This document shows positions 25,454 to 35,968 of a DNA stretch of 62,263 nt, one piece after another. Source of the DNA: Candidatus Enterousia sp. (GTDB lineage Bacteria; Pseudomonadota; Alphaproteobacteria; Rs-D84). The position numbers and the translations under genes are program-made. The stretch is taken from assembly GCA_045649345.1 (NCBI GenBank), contig JAZRPS010000011.1, forward strand, positions 1 to 62,263, read 5' to 3'. The first letter of the stretch is position 1, and every line of letters starts with the position of its first letter. The notes under the pieces were generated by a model. It did no database searches, had not been told where the DNA came from, and was given only the letters and a program-made list of their open reading frames with translations.

Positions 25454-26011
25454 TTATCTGTTGTTTGATTTGTCTTTTAGTTTTTTTATGTGTGTCATGT
25501 CTTGTTCTGATAGACCAAGAGATTTTAACTGATTGATTGCTTGATTGTATATAGGTGCTTTTGGATTGCTGTGTGTGGTAAGATTTTTATAACCAGCTTT
25601 ATCTAAAAAGAAAAACATTTTTTCTTTGTTTTTATCATATTTAGATAGTGCAGCAACCCATACACAATATGCCTTTGAATTATAATCGATTCTGCTTAGA
25701 TATTCTGATTCTTTGCCGTCAGGGGTTCTAATCCAAAAACCATTACCATTTGGGTATTTTCTTATGGAGATTTTTCCGATTTTTATGCTGCGTGCACGGT
25801 ACGCATTTGAAGAAAAAACGTTGCCCATATCACGTTTCCCATATTCTGTTGGAATTTGAGGGGTTGTGGTCAATTCTGTGGCATAGGGGACCCCATATGC
25901 GTCTTTCATATCTGTTCGATAAGTTGTTTCTATTAATACAGGTGTGTTTTCATCAAGTAATGCGTTTACAACTTCATCCAAGATATTTTTGTCTTCTTTT
26001 GGTGTTGTCAT
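25454..26011 (-). CDS. Hypothetical protein, paralogue of 6766-7308
   Basis: 185 aa. Shared N-terminal, central and C-terminal segments with the 180-aa ORF at 6766-7308. Confidence 0.6.
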   Translation of the reverse strand: MTTPKEDKNILDEVVNALLDENTPVLIETTYRTDMKDAYGVPYATELTTTPQIPTEYGKRDMGNVFSSNAYRARSIKIGKISIRKYPNGNGFWIRTPDGKESEYLSRIDYNSKAYCVWVAALSKYDKNKEKMFFFLDKAGYKNLTTHSNPKAPIYNQAINQLKSLGLSEQDMTHIKKLKDKSNNR

Positions 26012-26029
26012 TTATTTATTCCTTTTTTT

Positions 26030-27631
26030 TTATTCTTCTATTTCATACTCATCGATGTATGAACGGCTGACTGATTCGCGTTTGATTGGTTTATAGTTTT
26101 CAGATGTTATTGGGTCGCCAACATCTTCGGGTAAAATTGCGACCAGTGCGCTTTTTTCAATCGTTGTGGTTGGGGTTATATTTGTGCCGATTGTTTTACT
26201 GCGATACTTGTCACGCAGGCGTTCAGGCAGGCTGATATAATCGTCGGGGTCAATGCCTGGTGTTTGTAATTCCATCGCGTCTGCCGGTGTGACATAGTGT
26301 TCCGTAATCCGGTATAATGGTGTTATAAAACTGGTTGGTGCAGACTTGATTATTCGTGGGGTGCCAGAACCGTTTAGTTCAACAATATTCAAACCACGTT
26401 CTGATGTGCCATTTGGCATCAGACGAAATAGACCGTCGGTGCCGATATAACCACTGGGGTTCAACAAGTATGCACCGGCAGTTTGTCCAGAATAAATCAT
26501 ATCGATTGCGATGTTTGTGGCATCATATCCAAATGTTGCCATGCGGTTTGGTATTGTGCCAGATACCAGTTCGTAAACATTGGCAAAGTTTTGATTCATT
26601 TCTGGCAGTGTTGCAAACTTTGCGCCAGACATTGTAAAGTCTGATGCGATGTCAGATCCGTCCCACATGGTTGTGCCATAAAAACGTGCATCGCGTGCGC
26701 CAACGTTATAATAGCGTAAGAATGATGCCAATGATTTTGTATCGTTCCCGTTGCCCAGGAATAATATTGCATCATAGGGCAGGGGACCCAAAGCCTCGGT
26801 CCGGGATAGTTTGCCCAGTTGTGAATTTAGGTTTGATTTTTCAATCGCAGTCAGGCGTTCGTTGGTCAAGATGTCTGATAATACATGGCGCGCACGTGTG
26901 TGTGCCGTTGTGCGTGCGGTGTTCATTGATGCAGCAGCACTGGTTGCCTTTATAGAATCTGTGTCGCCTTCGTTATAAAAGAAAATGCCGTTTAATGTTA
27001 TATCGTATGCGTTTGATATATTCTGGGCAGTACCCGCCATCAGGTGGCCAGACTTGGTATCTGGGGCGATAATGATAAAGCGTTTTGTGCCATCAATTTT
27101 CATTTCGTTCATTATTGTTTCAATACCGTTTGATGGCATTAATGCCATTGTCATGACGCCGTCACCAATTGCAGTTGCATCAGATGTAAATGACAAGACG
27201 GGTAAATTTGATGGCTTTGATTCACGTACCAGGCGTGCATTATCTGCGAAAACAGGACCAATAATGATTTTTGGATTTGTCGCCAAAACAGTGTTTATTG
27301 TTTCGGATAAATTATTGTTTGTGTCATAAAAATGTACAGACAGTCCCGATGGCGCGCGTTGCAAAACAGCCGTTTCAACAGATGCGCGAATCGTTTTGCC
27401 GATTTGTGCGTTTTGCCCAGATAGTGGTAATAACACCGCCATGGTTTCTGCGCCGTCTGATGGTGTGCCATATCCGTCGGACAGGCGACCATATTGTAAT
27501 GTTGCAGGTGTCCCAGCGGTCATAGAATCGTAGTCGTCAAACCATCCGTCATCAGATGAAATGATTTGTTGTGTGCCGGCGCAACCACTTAAAAGAACTG
27601 TTGCGGTAAAGTATTTTAAAAATCTGTTCAT
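26030..27631 (-). CDS. Penicillin-binding protein activator (LpoA/LppC-like) lipoprotein
   Basis: Lipobox (VLLSGCAG), type-1 periplasmic-binding-protein-like body (AVLLPLSGQNAQIGKTIRASVE). Divergent from rsmI, as lpoA (yraM) is from rsmI (yraL) in E. coli. Confidence 0.55.
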   Translation of the reverse strand: MNRFLKYFTATVLLSGCAGTQQIISSDDGWFDDYDSMTAGTPATLQYGRLSDGYGTPSDGAETMAVLLPLSGQNAQIGKTIRASVETAVLQRAPSGLSVHFYDTNNNLSETINTVLATNPKIIIGPVFADNARLVRESKPSNLPVLSFTSDATAIGDGVMTMALMPSNGIETIMNEMKIDGTKRFIIIAPDTKSGHLMAGTAQNISNAYDITLNGIFFYNEGDTDSIKATSAAASMNTARTTAHTRARHVLSDILTNERLTAIEKSNLNSQLGKLSRTEALGPLPYDAILFLGNGNDTKSLASFLRYYNVGARDARFYGTTMWDGSDIASDFTMSGAKFATLPEMNQNFANVYELVSGTIPNRMATFGYDATNIAIDMIYSGQTAGAYLLNPSGYIGTDGLFRLMPNGTSERGLNIVELNGSGTPRIIKSAPTSFITPLYRITEHYVTPADAMELQTPGIDPDDYISLPERLRDKYRSKTIGTNITPTTTIEKSALVAILPEDVGDPITSENYKPIKRESVSRSYIDEYEIEE

Positions 27632-27685
27632 AAACATTGAAAAATCCATTTTATTCTGTATCATTTTACTATAAAAGGAATCTAA

Positions 27686-28486
27686 ATGCAATCAGGGCTT
27701 TATATTGTTGGTACGCCAATTGGTAATTTGTCTGATATGTCGCCACGTGCAATTGAAACATTGCAGAATGTAGACTTAATTGCCGCCGAAGATACGCGTG
27801 TGTTTGGCAAGTTGGCAAGTCATTTTGATATTAAAACAAAACGTGTATCATGTCATGAGCATAATGAACGCGATGTTGTGCCGGATTTAATCGAAAAAAT
27901 TCAAAGCGGTATGGCAATTGCAGTGGTTAGCGATGCAGGTATGCCCGGTATCAGCGACCCAGGTTTTCGTATCGTGCGTGCCGCCCGTGAAGCGGGGGTT
28001 GATGTGTTTGTTGTGCCGGGACCGGTCGCAGGTATAAGTGCCTTGGTTTTGTCTGGTTTCCCAACAGACAGATTCACGTTCTGTGGATTTATGGACGAAA
28101 AAAAATTGCGTGATGATAATAAAATACCACATACGATTATTTATTATGAAAGTCCGAATCGGGTTATGGCGACAATTGCAAAAATGGCCCAGATTATGCC
28201 AGAACGAAAAATTGCAATTGTGCGTGAAATTACAAAAATACATGAACAGGCAATTATTGGTTATCCGGCAGAATTGATGTCTATGACGCCACCACGTGGG
28301 GAAATTGTTATTGTTGTTGCGCCACGACCAGAACATAAAATGTCGGACAGTGAAATTTCAGAAATTGTTAATGATATTGCTGCGATATCTATGAAATCTG
28401 CCGCGGCAGATTTGGCAGCGCGCACAGGTATTTCAAAAAAAGAAGCGTATAAACGGCTGTTGGAAAAAGGGGGCAATGATGATTAA
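27686..28486 (+). CDS. rsmI: 16S rRNA (cytidine1402-2'-O)-methyltransferase
   Basis: LYIVGTPIGNLSDMSPRAIETLQNVDLIAAEDTR and ISDPG motifs of the tetrapyrrole-methylase-fold RsmI. Confidence 0.9.
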   Translation: MQSGLYIVGTPIGNLSDMSPRAIETLQNVDLIAAEDTRVFGKLASHFDIKTKRVSCHEHNERDVVPDLIEKIQSGMAIAVVSDAGMPGISDPGFRIVRAAREAGVDVFVVPGPVAGISALVLSGFPTDRFTFCGFMDEKKLRDDNKIPHTIIYYESPNRVMATIAKMAQIMPERKIAIVREITKIHEQAIIGYPAELMSMTPPRGEIVIVVAPRPEHKMSDSEISEIVNDIAAISMKSAAADLAARTGISKKEAYKRLLEKGGNDD

Positions 28487-29033
28487 ATTTGTGGGCAGTT
28501 TTGAAACCGTAAAATCGTTGCCTAATTCGCATTTTGCAGAATATGCGTTTATTGGGCGTAGTAATGTTGGAAAATCATCGTTAATTAATGCGGTTGTTGG
28601 TGCGCCAATTGCGCGTACTTCAAATACGCCAGGGCGTACACAAAGTTTAAATCTGTTTAATCTGGATGATCGGGTGATGATTGTCGATTTGCCGGGTTAT
28701 GGATATGCGCGTGTGTCAAAGGTTGATGCAATGCGTTGGTTAAAGCGATTGGAAGAATATTTGTTAACGCGTCGTCAATTAAAGCGTCTGTTTATCTTGA
28801 TTGATTCGCGAATTGGTGCGCGGGATTCTGACCTGGATTTGATGGATTTTTGTGATGCGAATGCAATTCAATATCAGATTGTTTATACAAAAAAAGATAA
28901 GCGTGTACGCGAAGAAAAACAACACGAAATAAAACATACAGACCATGGGGCAATGTTGCCAGAAATATTGCAAACATCTGCGGAAAAGAAAACAGGACTG
29001 GATTCGATAAGGGCGACACTTGGCATCAAATAA
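28476..29033 (+). CDS. engB: Ribosome biogenesis GTP-binding protein YihA/EngB
   Basis: G1 GRSNVGKSS, G3 DLPGYG, G4 TKKD. 11-bp overlap with rsmI. Confidence 0.9.
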   Translation: MMIKFVGSFETVKSLPNSHFAEYAFIGRSNVGKSSLINAVVGAPIARTSNTPGRTQSLNLFNLDDRVMIVDLPGYGYARVSKVDAMRWLKRLEEYLLTRRQLKRLFILIDSRIGARDSDLDLMDFCDANAIQYQIVYTKKDKRVREEKQHEIKHTDHGAMLPEILQTSAEKKTGLDSIRATLGIK

Positions 29034-31515
29034 AAATATTTTTTATGCAACAAATCCGGCAAAAATTACAGATGCATTGTGGCAGGTGATGTGTGATGCA
29101 GGTGTTGATGTCGCAGATATGTTGATTTTTTTGCCCAGTCGTCGTGCAGTCAGAACAGTTGAAAAAATGATTGCAGAAAAGTCTGGTGGTGTTGCGATAT
29201 TGCCAACGCTGGTTGCGCTGGGCGAAGGGGTCGATGACCCAGATACAGATGAAATCGTTGCAGATGATGTTATTTCAAATACAGAACGTGTCATTGTGTT
29301 GGCAAAGTTGTTAAGTGCAGATTCAAATGTCGGAAATTTATCAACTGCATTGCCTGTGGCGCGCGATTTAGTGCGTATGCAGGATTATCTGGAAAATGAG
29401 GGAATAGATGCGCGTGATATTTGCTGGTCTGAATTGATTGATGAAAAATATGCAACTCATTTCCAAAACAAGGCAAAAATATTAAATATATTGTCTGAAT
29501 TTATGCCGGCATATGCAAATGGGCGAATTACATCGACCCAGGCGCGAAATCGTGATATTCGTGAATGGATTAAGCATCTGGGTAAGTATCGTTTGGTGAT
29601 TGTTTGTTCGTCAACCGCTAGTGTGCCTGCGACCGCAGATTTAATGGCGGCGGTTGCAGAATGTGAAAATGGGCGAATAATATTGCCTGGTAAAATTTCT
29701 GGGCGGTTGGTTGATTTTGAATTAAGTACAAATCCGTATAATTCTGAATATAAATTTTTACAGCGTATTGGTGTGGCGCCAGATGAAGTTCATGAAATTG
29801 ATGTTGGTGTGTCTGCGATTGATTTTATGAATTATGCATTTAGTAATGATACGTCTGTTTTCAATGTAGAATGTGATTTGTCACACTGTCATTTAATCGA
29901 ATGTCCGCGTGAAGCGGTAGAGGCGGAAACCGTCGCAGAAATTGCAACGCGTGCAATTGCAGATAAAAAATCTGTCTTGGTGATAACACCGGATGCCGCC
30001 GGAAATCAGCGTATCGCAGTGTCGTTGGCGGCACGTGGAATTGATGCGGATTTTTCGGGTGGGCAATCTGGTGCAATGACAGATACAGGGCGCGCAATAC
30101 TAAATTTGCTTGATTCATGGATAGAAAACGAATCGAATTTATTTGATAAAATATATGCAGAATCAGGCTTTGATTTATTTAATACGATTTCAAAAATTGT
30201 TGAGATGTATAGTGAGAACTTTATGCCGTCCTTTATTGTTGATGATAATACGTCAATTGCGATTTGGGGGGCGATTAAAGAATATTCGGATGCGTTGGCG
30301 TGTGCGGATGTGCGCTTGAATTTGTTGGATGCGCGTGCGTTTGTCGCAGATGCAATTTCTGGGGTGTCGATACGTGGTGTGATGAATGATGGTGCGTCGG
30401 TTGTTGTGTTGGGGACAATCGAATCGCGTATGCAGACCGCAGATGTCGTGATTTTAACCGGATTAAATGAAGGAATGTTCCCGGCGCGTGGATATGAAAA
30501 TGCATGGTTGCCACGACATTTGTCTGAAAAGATTGGATTGCCGTCGCCAGATAGAAAGGTGTCTTTGCAGGCATTGGACTTTATGAATTTGTCATGTGGT
30601 GCAAATGTATTTTGGTTGCGCAGCATGGTTGCAGGTTCTGTTCAGACAACCGAATCACGGTTTTTATCACGCGTGATTGCGCGACGTGGGCATTTCAATA
30701 AAGATACAGAAATATTAAATTATGTATTGGCGCGTGATGATATGCCGTATGTGCCGTTGGATAATTCTGCGCCAAATCCGCCGTCTGATTGGTCTGATGT
30801 TTATGTGACGGCGTTGGAATTGTTGATTCATAATCCGTATGCGTTTTATGTGCGGCATATTTTGAGGTTAAAGGTTTTGGATGATTATTGGGTTGCGCCT
30901 GATGCACGAAAGTTTGGGGATTTGGTGCATTCTGTGATTGAAAACGGGCATGGTTTTTCACCAGATGTACTGGTGCATGAAATGGATAGGCGTGCATTTG
31001 AAGTATTGGGACAGGGTAGTGTTGCATTTCATTTTTGGCATAAAAGGTTTGTTGAAATTGCGCCAATTATTGCGCGTGAATTAAACGCAATGTCAGATAT
31101 GAAGTCGGAAATTGCAGGTGCTGTTAAAATCGCAGGTCGTACGGTTCGTGCGCGTGCCGATGGTGTTTGGAATTCTGGTGTTATGGATATCAAGACAGGT
31201 GCTGCGCCATCTAAGTCACAGTTAGAGCAAGGAAATATGCCGCAATTGCCGTTAGAGGCGTTTATGTTGCAATCTGGTGGGTTTGTAGGGGTGGCATCTG
31301 TCGCGCGTCCGATTATGCGTTTCTTGCAATTAAAAAATAATGATGTGCGTATCATTGAATATGATGCAGATACCACTGCACAAATGATGAATGCCGCAGT
31401 TGATAAGGTGACAGAATTATTTAATATTTATTCCGCAGGAAATGCACCATATGAATATCGTGAAACAAGTGAACAAAAATATAAAGCTTATGATGATTTA
31501 GCGCGGGTGTTTTGA
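29020..31515 (+). CDS. addB: Double-strand break repair protein AddB (alphaproteobacterial type)
   Basis: N-terminal LIFLPSRRAVRTVEKM, C-terminal PD-(D/E)xK-like RADGV...MDIKTG...PQLPLEAF. No in-frame ATG near the start (TTG at 29020, 14-bp overlap with engB). Confidence 0.65.
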   Translation: MASNKNIFYATNPAKITDALWQVMCDAGVDVADMLIFLPSRRAVRTVEKMIAEKSGGVAILPTLVALGEGVDDPDTDEIVADDVISNTERVIVLAKLLSADSNVGNLSTALPVARDLVRMQDYLENEGIDARDICWSELIDEKYATHFQNKAKILNILSEFMPAYANGRITSTQARNRDIREWIKHLGKYRLVIVCSSTASVPATADLMAAVAECENGRIILPGKISGRLVDFELSTNPYNSEYKFLQRIGVAPDEVHEIDVGVSAIDFMNYAFSNDTSVFNVECDLSHCHLIECPREAVEAETVAEIATRAIADKKSVLVITPDAAGNQRIAVSLAARGIDADFSGGQSGAMTDTGRAILNLLDSWIENESNLFDKIYAESGFDLFNTISKIVEMYSENFMPSFIVDDNTSIAIWGAIKEYSDALACADVRLNLLDARAFVADAISGVSIRGVMNDGASVVVLGTIESRMQTADVVILTGLNEGMFPARGYENAWLPRHLSEKIGLPSPDRKVSLQALDFMNLSCGANVFWLRSMVAGSVQTTESRFLSRVIARRGHFNKDTEILNYVLARDDMPYVPLDNSAPNPPSDWSDVYVTALELLIHNPYAFYVRHILRLKVLDDYWVAPDARKFGDLVHSVIENGHGFSPDVLVHEMDRRAFEVLGQGSVAFHFWHKRFVEIAPIIARELNAMSDMKSEIAGAVKIAGRTVRARADGVWNSGVMDIKTGAAPSKSQLEQGNMPQLPLEAFMLQSGGFVGVASVARPIMRFLQLKNNDVRIIEYDADTTAQMMNAAVDKVTELFNIYSAGNAPYEYRETSEQKYKAYDDLARVF

Positions 31516-31548
31516 TTTTAATAATTTTTGTGGTATAATACACCAGAT

Positions 31549-32736
31549 ATGGCGAGAGATAAATATATTTCAGTAGGAAAGAGAGTTAGTGGATTTTCGT
31601 TTGCAAATCTGGGGTTCTTTACGGGTTTTGCAGATGGTATATATAATGCCGTATATTCCCTGGTTATTTTAGAGATATTTAAATCTTCGGCGATTGTTGG
31701 TTTGTATGTGGGGTTGTATTCAATCTTTTGTTTTATTGTTGGATTGTTTGCAAATGAGATATTTCGCCAGTTTTCAAAAGTGCGTGTGTTTTACTTTGTA
31801 ATGCTGATGTTGGCGATTTGTTATGCGATGATGAGTTTTTCAATTCTGCCACGTACGTTTATTATATTGGATTATACAACAGGTATTGCAATTACGCTGG
31901 TTGCGGTATTGATTCCGTTGTTTATGTCAGACTTTTCAAAAAACATTGGTATGGCGCGGTTAAATTCGCGATATCATTTATGGATGAATATTGGGGCGGT
32001 CTTTGCGCCAACGGTTGCGGTGTTGATTGCAAATCATTTCGGAAATAGGGCAGCGTTCTTTGGGTCCGCATTGATTTATTTTGCAGGGTGGTTGTTGTTT
32101 AAATATTTTAGGGTTGTTCAGCAAGACAAACAAATAAAGCCAGTGAATCCACGTAAGACATTTATTGGTCTGTGGAAAAACACCAAGGACTTTTTTCGAC
32201 TGCCGGGTATGACACGTGCATACTTGGTAAATTTTGGTTATTATTCATTGCGTGCGATGCGTGTTTTATATGTGCCGATATTGGTGATTGAAAACGGTTT
32301 TAGTAAGGATACGTTGGGCTGGGTGTTGACGTTGGGAATTGTACCGTATTTAGTGCTTAGTGAATTTATAGGGCGCGCAGTTCGCAAATATGGTAAAACA
32401 ATCTGGTTGGTTTTGGGGTTTGGGTCTTTTGCGGTGTTGTCTGCGATTGCAACATTTGTGACGGGGGTGCCGTTGTTGGCAATATTTGTTGCATGGCAGG
32501 TTTCGGGGGCATTGATGGAATCTGTGCATGATTTGTTGTTCTTTGATGGTACGCAAAAGTCACAACAGACAAAATATTATGGGGTATTCAGAACCAGTTC
32601 TAACCTGCCAAATGTTGTTGCGCCAATTTTGGGTGCAGGTATTATCGCGTTCTTTGGTACAACATCGGCAGTGTGGACGGTGACGGCGTTGGTTGGTGCG
32701 TTTAGTATTTTGGTACTGGTGACCAAAAAGCGGTGA
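31549..32736 (+). CDS. MFS-type transporter
   Basis: About 12 hydrophobic spans in two halves separated by a basic loop ([18 protein letters not shown]). Start set at Met 31549. Confidence 0.65.
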   Translation: MARDKYISVGKRVSGFSFANLGFFTGFADGIYNAVYSLVILEIFKSSAIVGLYVGLYSIFCFIVGLFANEIFRQFSKVRVFYFVMLMLAICYAMMSFSILPRTFIILDYTTGIAITLVAVLIPLFMSDFSKNIGMARLNSRYHLWMNIGAVFAPTVAVLIANHFGNRAAFFGSALIYFAGWLLFKYFRVVQQDKQIKPVNPRKTFIGLWKNTKDFFRLPGMTRAYLVNFGYYSLRAMRVLYVPILVIENGFSKDTLGWVLTLGIVPYLVLSEFIGRAVRKYGKTIWLVLGFGSFAVLSAIATFVTGVPLLAIFVAWQVSGALMESVHDLLFFDGTQKSQQTKYYGVFRTSSNLPNVVAPILGAGIIAFFGTTSAVWTVTALVGAFSILVLVTKKR

Positions 32737-32813
32737 AAAGCGGTTGCTTTATAACGCTTGCATTTTGTTGGGTTTATTTGTATGATTTTCCTGAGATTAA
32801 AGGGGAAATATAT

Positions 32814-33893
32814 ATGGCAAAGAAAGAAACGGTAAAGGATGCAGGGGCTGGGAAAAATCCGGCGTTGGAATCTGCGTTGGCACAAATTCAAAAACAATTC
32901 GGTAAAGAAGCCATCATGAAAATGGGCGATGGGTCGCAACAGAATATAGAGGCGATTTCTTCGGGTTCGCTGGGGTTGGATATCGCGCTGGGGATTGGGG
33001 GTTATCCAAAGGGACGTATTGTTGAAATTTATGGACCTGAAAGTTCTGGTAAAACAACGTTGGCATTGCATGCGGTTGCGGAATCACAGAAAAAGGGTGG
33101 TACGTGTGCGTATATCGATGCGGAAAATGCGCTGGACCCCAGTTATGCAAAAAAATTGGGTGTTGATGTTGCAAATTTAATTATTTCACAGCCTGATTCC
33201 GGTGAACAGGCGTTGGAAATTGCAGATACATTGATTAAATCAGGTGCGGTTGATGTTGTGGTCATCGATTCTGTTGCGGCATTGGTGCCAAAGGCAGAAT
33301 TAGAAGGCAATATCGGTGATTCTTTTGTTGGGACAACCGCGCGTTTGATGTCGCAATCGTTAAAAAAGTTGGCGGGTTCTGTGTCGCGCAGTAATACATT
33401 ACTTATCTTTATCAATCAGATTCGTATGAAGATTGGCGTTATGTTTGGTAATCCTGAAACGACATCCGGTGGTAATGCGTTGAAATTCTATGCGTCTGTG
33501 CGTCTTGATATTCGCCGTACAGGACAGATTAAAGATAAAGAAAATATTATCGGTAATGAAACGCGGGTCAAGGTTGTAAAAAATAAAGTTGCACCACCAT
33601 TCCGTACGGTCGATTTTAAGATTATGTATGGTGAAGGTATTTCAAGAATCAGTGAAATTCTGGATATGGGTGTGAAATATGACCTGATTGAAAAAGCCGG
33701 CAGTTTCTATTCTTATAATAGTGAACGTATGGGACAGGGCGAAGCGAATGCCCGTGCGTGGTTAAAAGACCATCCGGATGTTCAGCAGGCGTTGCTAGAT
33801 AAAATTATGGCACGGGCATCTGGTATCGCAGAGGAGATGACAACCGGACCGATTGATGACGATGATGATTCAATTGAAGTGACGGAGGAATAA
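32814..33893 (+). CDS. recA: Recombinase RecA
   Basis: [23 protein letters not shown], Walker [56 protein letters not shown]. Confidence 0.97.
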   Translation: MAKKETVKDAGAGKNPALESALAQIQKQFGKEAIMKMGDGSQQNIEAISSGSLGLDIALGIGGYPKGRIVEIYGPESSGKTTLALHAVAESQKKGGTCAYIDAENALDPSYAKKLGVDVANLIISQPDSGEQALEIADTLIKSGAVDVVVIDSVAALVPKAELEGNIGDSFVGTTARLMSQSLKKLAGSVSRSNTLLIFINQIRMKIGVMFGNPETTSGGNALKFYASVRLDIRRTGQIKDKENIIGNETRVKVVKNKVAPPFRTVDFKIMYGEGISRISEILDMGVKYDLIEKAGSFYSYNSERMGQGEANARAWLKDHPDVQQALLDKIMARASGIAEEMTTGPIDDDDDSIEVTEE

Positions 33894-33991
33894 AATGACA
33901 GAAGTTGATGAATAACTTTTTATCGAAATCCGGGCGCAGGTGTTGCGTTCGGATTTGTTTCTTTTGTAAAACATAAAAAAGGGATGTGAGT

Positions 33992-34888
33992 ATGAATTTA
34001 GGACGAACATGGGCATTAACAAAAATTTTATTTCAATCGCATATATTTAACTGGCCGTGGCGGTCGCGCGAACACAGACGTGACGTCAGAACAGATGTAT
34101 TGTCACGTGTTGCGCCAGAATATTTTAAGCGGTATTTGCCGGCGGTAAAATCTGTTCAGGAAACAGAGGTTATAAAAGATGATAAAAATGAAAAGATTTT
34201 TACCATTTGGCAACAGGGTGAAGAAAATGCCCCAGAACTGGTGAAGTCTTGTTTCCGCAGTATTCGTAAGCATTGTAAGCAAGAACTGGTTGTGTTGGAC
34301 GACAAGACAATTTTTGATTATATAACGTTGCCTGATGTAATTGTTGAAAAGTACAAGGCAGGAAAAATTCGTCGTGCGCACTTTGCGGATATTTGTCGTG
34401 TTGAATTGTTGTATCAATATGGCGGTATTTGGTTGGATTCAACAGACTTTGTTGTGTCGCCAATCCCAAAATGGATAATTGATGAAGATTTCTTTATGTA
34501 TTTGGTTGGTGATAAGGTAGGGCAGAAATATATGTTCTGTCAGAATTGCTTTATTCGTGGACGTCGTGGGTCTTATTTGTTGGGGGCGTGGCGTGCAATG
34601 ATTTTGGAATACTGGAAAAATGAAAACAAAAGTTTTGATTACTTTATGCATCAGATGTTGTTCCAGACGTTGGTTCAGAATGATGAACGGGCAAAAAAGT
34701 ATTTTGCCAAAATGTCACATGTTGACCAATATCCAACACATACATTATGGCATGAATATAAATATCAACCATTTAATCAGAAAAAGTTTGATGAATTAAC
34801 AGCGGATGCTTTCTTTCAGAAAACAGCCTATGCGGATGCGCCAAAGCCTGGCACGTTTTCAGAGGCAATCTGTAATATGAACAAATAA
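33992..34888 (+). CDS. Capsular-polysaccharide-synthesis-type glycosyltransferase (Caps_synth / GT32-like)
   Basis: IFTIWQQGEENAPELVKSCFRSIRKHC...KAGKIRRAHFADICRVELLYQYGGIWLDST matches the Caps_synth family signature from memory. Confidence 0.7.
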   Translation: MNLGRTWALTKILFQSHIFNWPWRSREHRRDVRTDVLSRVAPEYFKRYLPAVKSVQETEVIKDDKNEKIFTIWQQGEENAPELVKSCFRSIRKHCKQELVVLDDKTIFDYITLPDVIVEKYKAGKIRRAHFADICRVELLYQYGGIWLDSTDFVVSPIPKWIIDEDFFMYLVGDKVGQKYMFCQNCFIRGRRGSYLLGAWRAMILEYWKNENKSFDYFMHQMLFQTLVQNDERAKKYFAKMSHVDQYPTHTLWHEYKYQPFNQKKFDELTADAFFQKTAYADAPKPGTFSEAICNMNK

Positions 34889-34909
34889 AAAAATAAAAAG
34901 GGGTACGTG

Positions 34910-35938
34910 ATGCCTGCGATTTCGATAATTATTCCGGTTTATAACGTTGAAAAATATTTACGTAGATGTCTGGATAGTGTGTTAAATCAGACTTTTGCCA
35001 ATTGGGAGGCGATTTGTGTCAACGACGGCAGTCCAGATGATAGTTATAAAATCTTGGACGAATATGCTGCGCGTGATAAGCGCTTTAAAATCGTAAACAA
35101 AGAAAATGGTGGTTTGTCTGATGCGCGTAATGCAGGTATGGCGGTCGCAACAGGTGATTATATTCTGTATTTAGATAGTGATGATTTTATTCATCCGCAA
35201 ACAATGGAAATTGCATATTTCTTGGCGCGGCGTGATGGTTCTGATATTGTGTCGTTTACATATGACAGAATTTATCGTCCACAATTGATGGTGCGTCATG
35301 TTTTGGGGCGCGATACAGATAATGTTATCCCAGGGCGTATTCATAAAAAATATAATCCAGGTCGTATCAAGACATTGGTGACAGATGATATTTATGAATA
35401 TGCAACAGAACGCACGCATAATGCCCCGGGGCGCAAAAAAAAGTGGCTGGTAAAACATTGCCAGGTTTGGAAAAATATGTATAAACGTGAACTGATTTCA
35501 GATATTCCTTTTATAAAGGGAATTTTGTTTGAAGATTTCCCATGGTGGAGTCAGGTTATGTTGCGTAATCCCCGTACGACGATTGCACCATTACCATTGT
35601 ATTTCTATATACCAAATTTTGGTGGAATTGTGTTAAGTGCAAAGCAGTTGCGTATCATGCAAAGTTTATGCGTTGGGATAAAGACGGCTTATACAGTTTA
35701 TATGGAACGTGCGACAAAATATCAGATGCAAAAATGGTCTGAAAATTTCCAATGGTATTTTATCAAGTGGGCGTTTCGTAAAATAAAGTACATCGATTCA
35801 GATGGTGATATGGATGCGGCGCGTGAATGTTTTCGTGAATTGGAACGTATTGGTGCGTTGGACAGACCGCCATACAGATGGGCAAAAAAACTGCGTATGG
35901 AAATATGTAAGTTTATAAAGTCGTGTAAGTATGAATAA
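34910..35938 (+). CDS. Family 2 glycosyltransferase
   Basis: ISIIIPVYNVEKYLRRCLDSVLNQT...ICVNDGSPDDS...GGLSDARNAG...LDSDD. Confidence 0.9.
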   Translation: MPAISIIIPVYNVEKYLRRCLDSVLNQTFANWEAICVNDGSPDDSYKILDEYAARDKRFKIVNKENGGLSDARNAGMAVATGDYILYLDSDDFIHPQTMEIAYFLARRDGSDIVSFTYDRIYRPQLMVRHVLGRDTDNVIPGRIHKKYNPGRIKTLVTDDIYEYATERTHNAPGRKKKWLVKHCQVWKNMYKRELISDIPFIKGILFEDFPWWSQVMLRNPRTTIAPLPLYFYIPNFGGIVLSAKQLRIMQSLCVGIKTAYTVYMERATKYQMQKWSENFQWYFIKWAFRKIKYIDSDGDMDAARECFRELERIGALDRPPYRWAKKLRMEICKFIKSCKYE

Positions 35939-35968
35939 AAAAAATCCCGCAATCGCGGGATTTTTTTA
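35937..35968. terminator. Bidirectional terminator hairpin between convergent glycosyltransferase genes
   Basis: ATCCCGC AAT GCGGGAT with flanking A- and T-runs. Confidence 0.65.
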
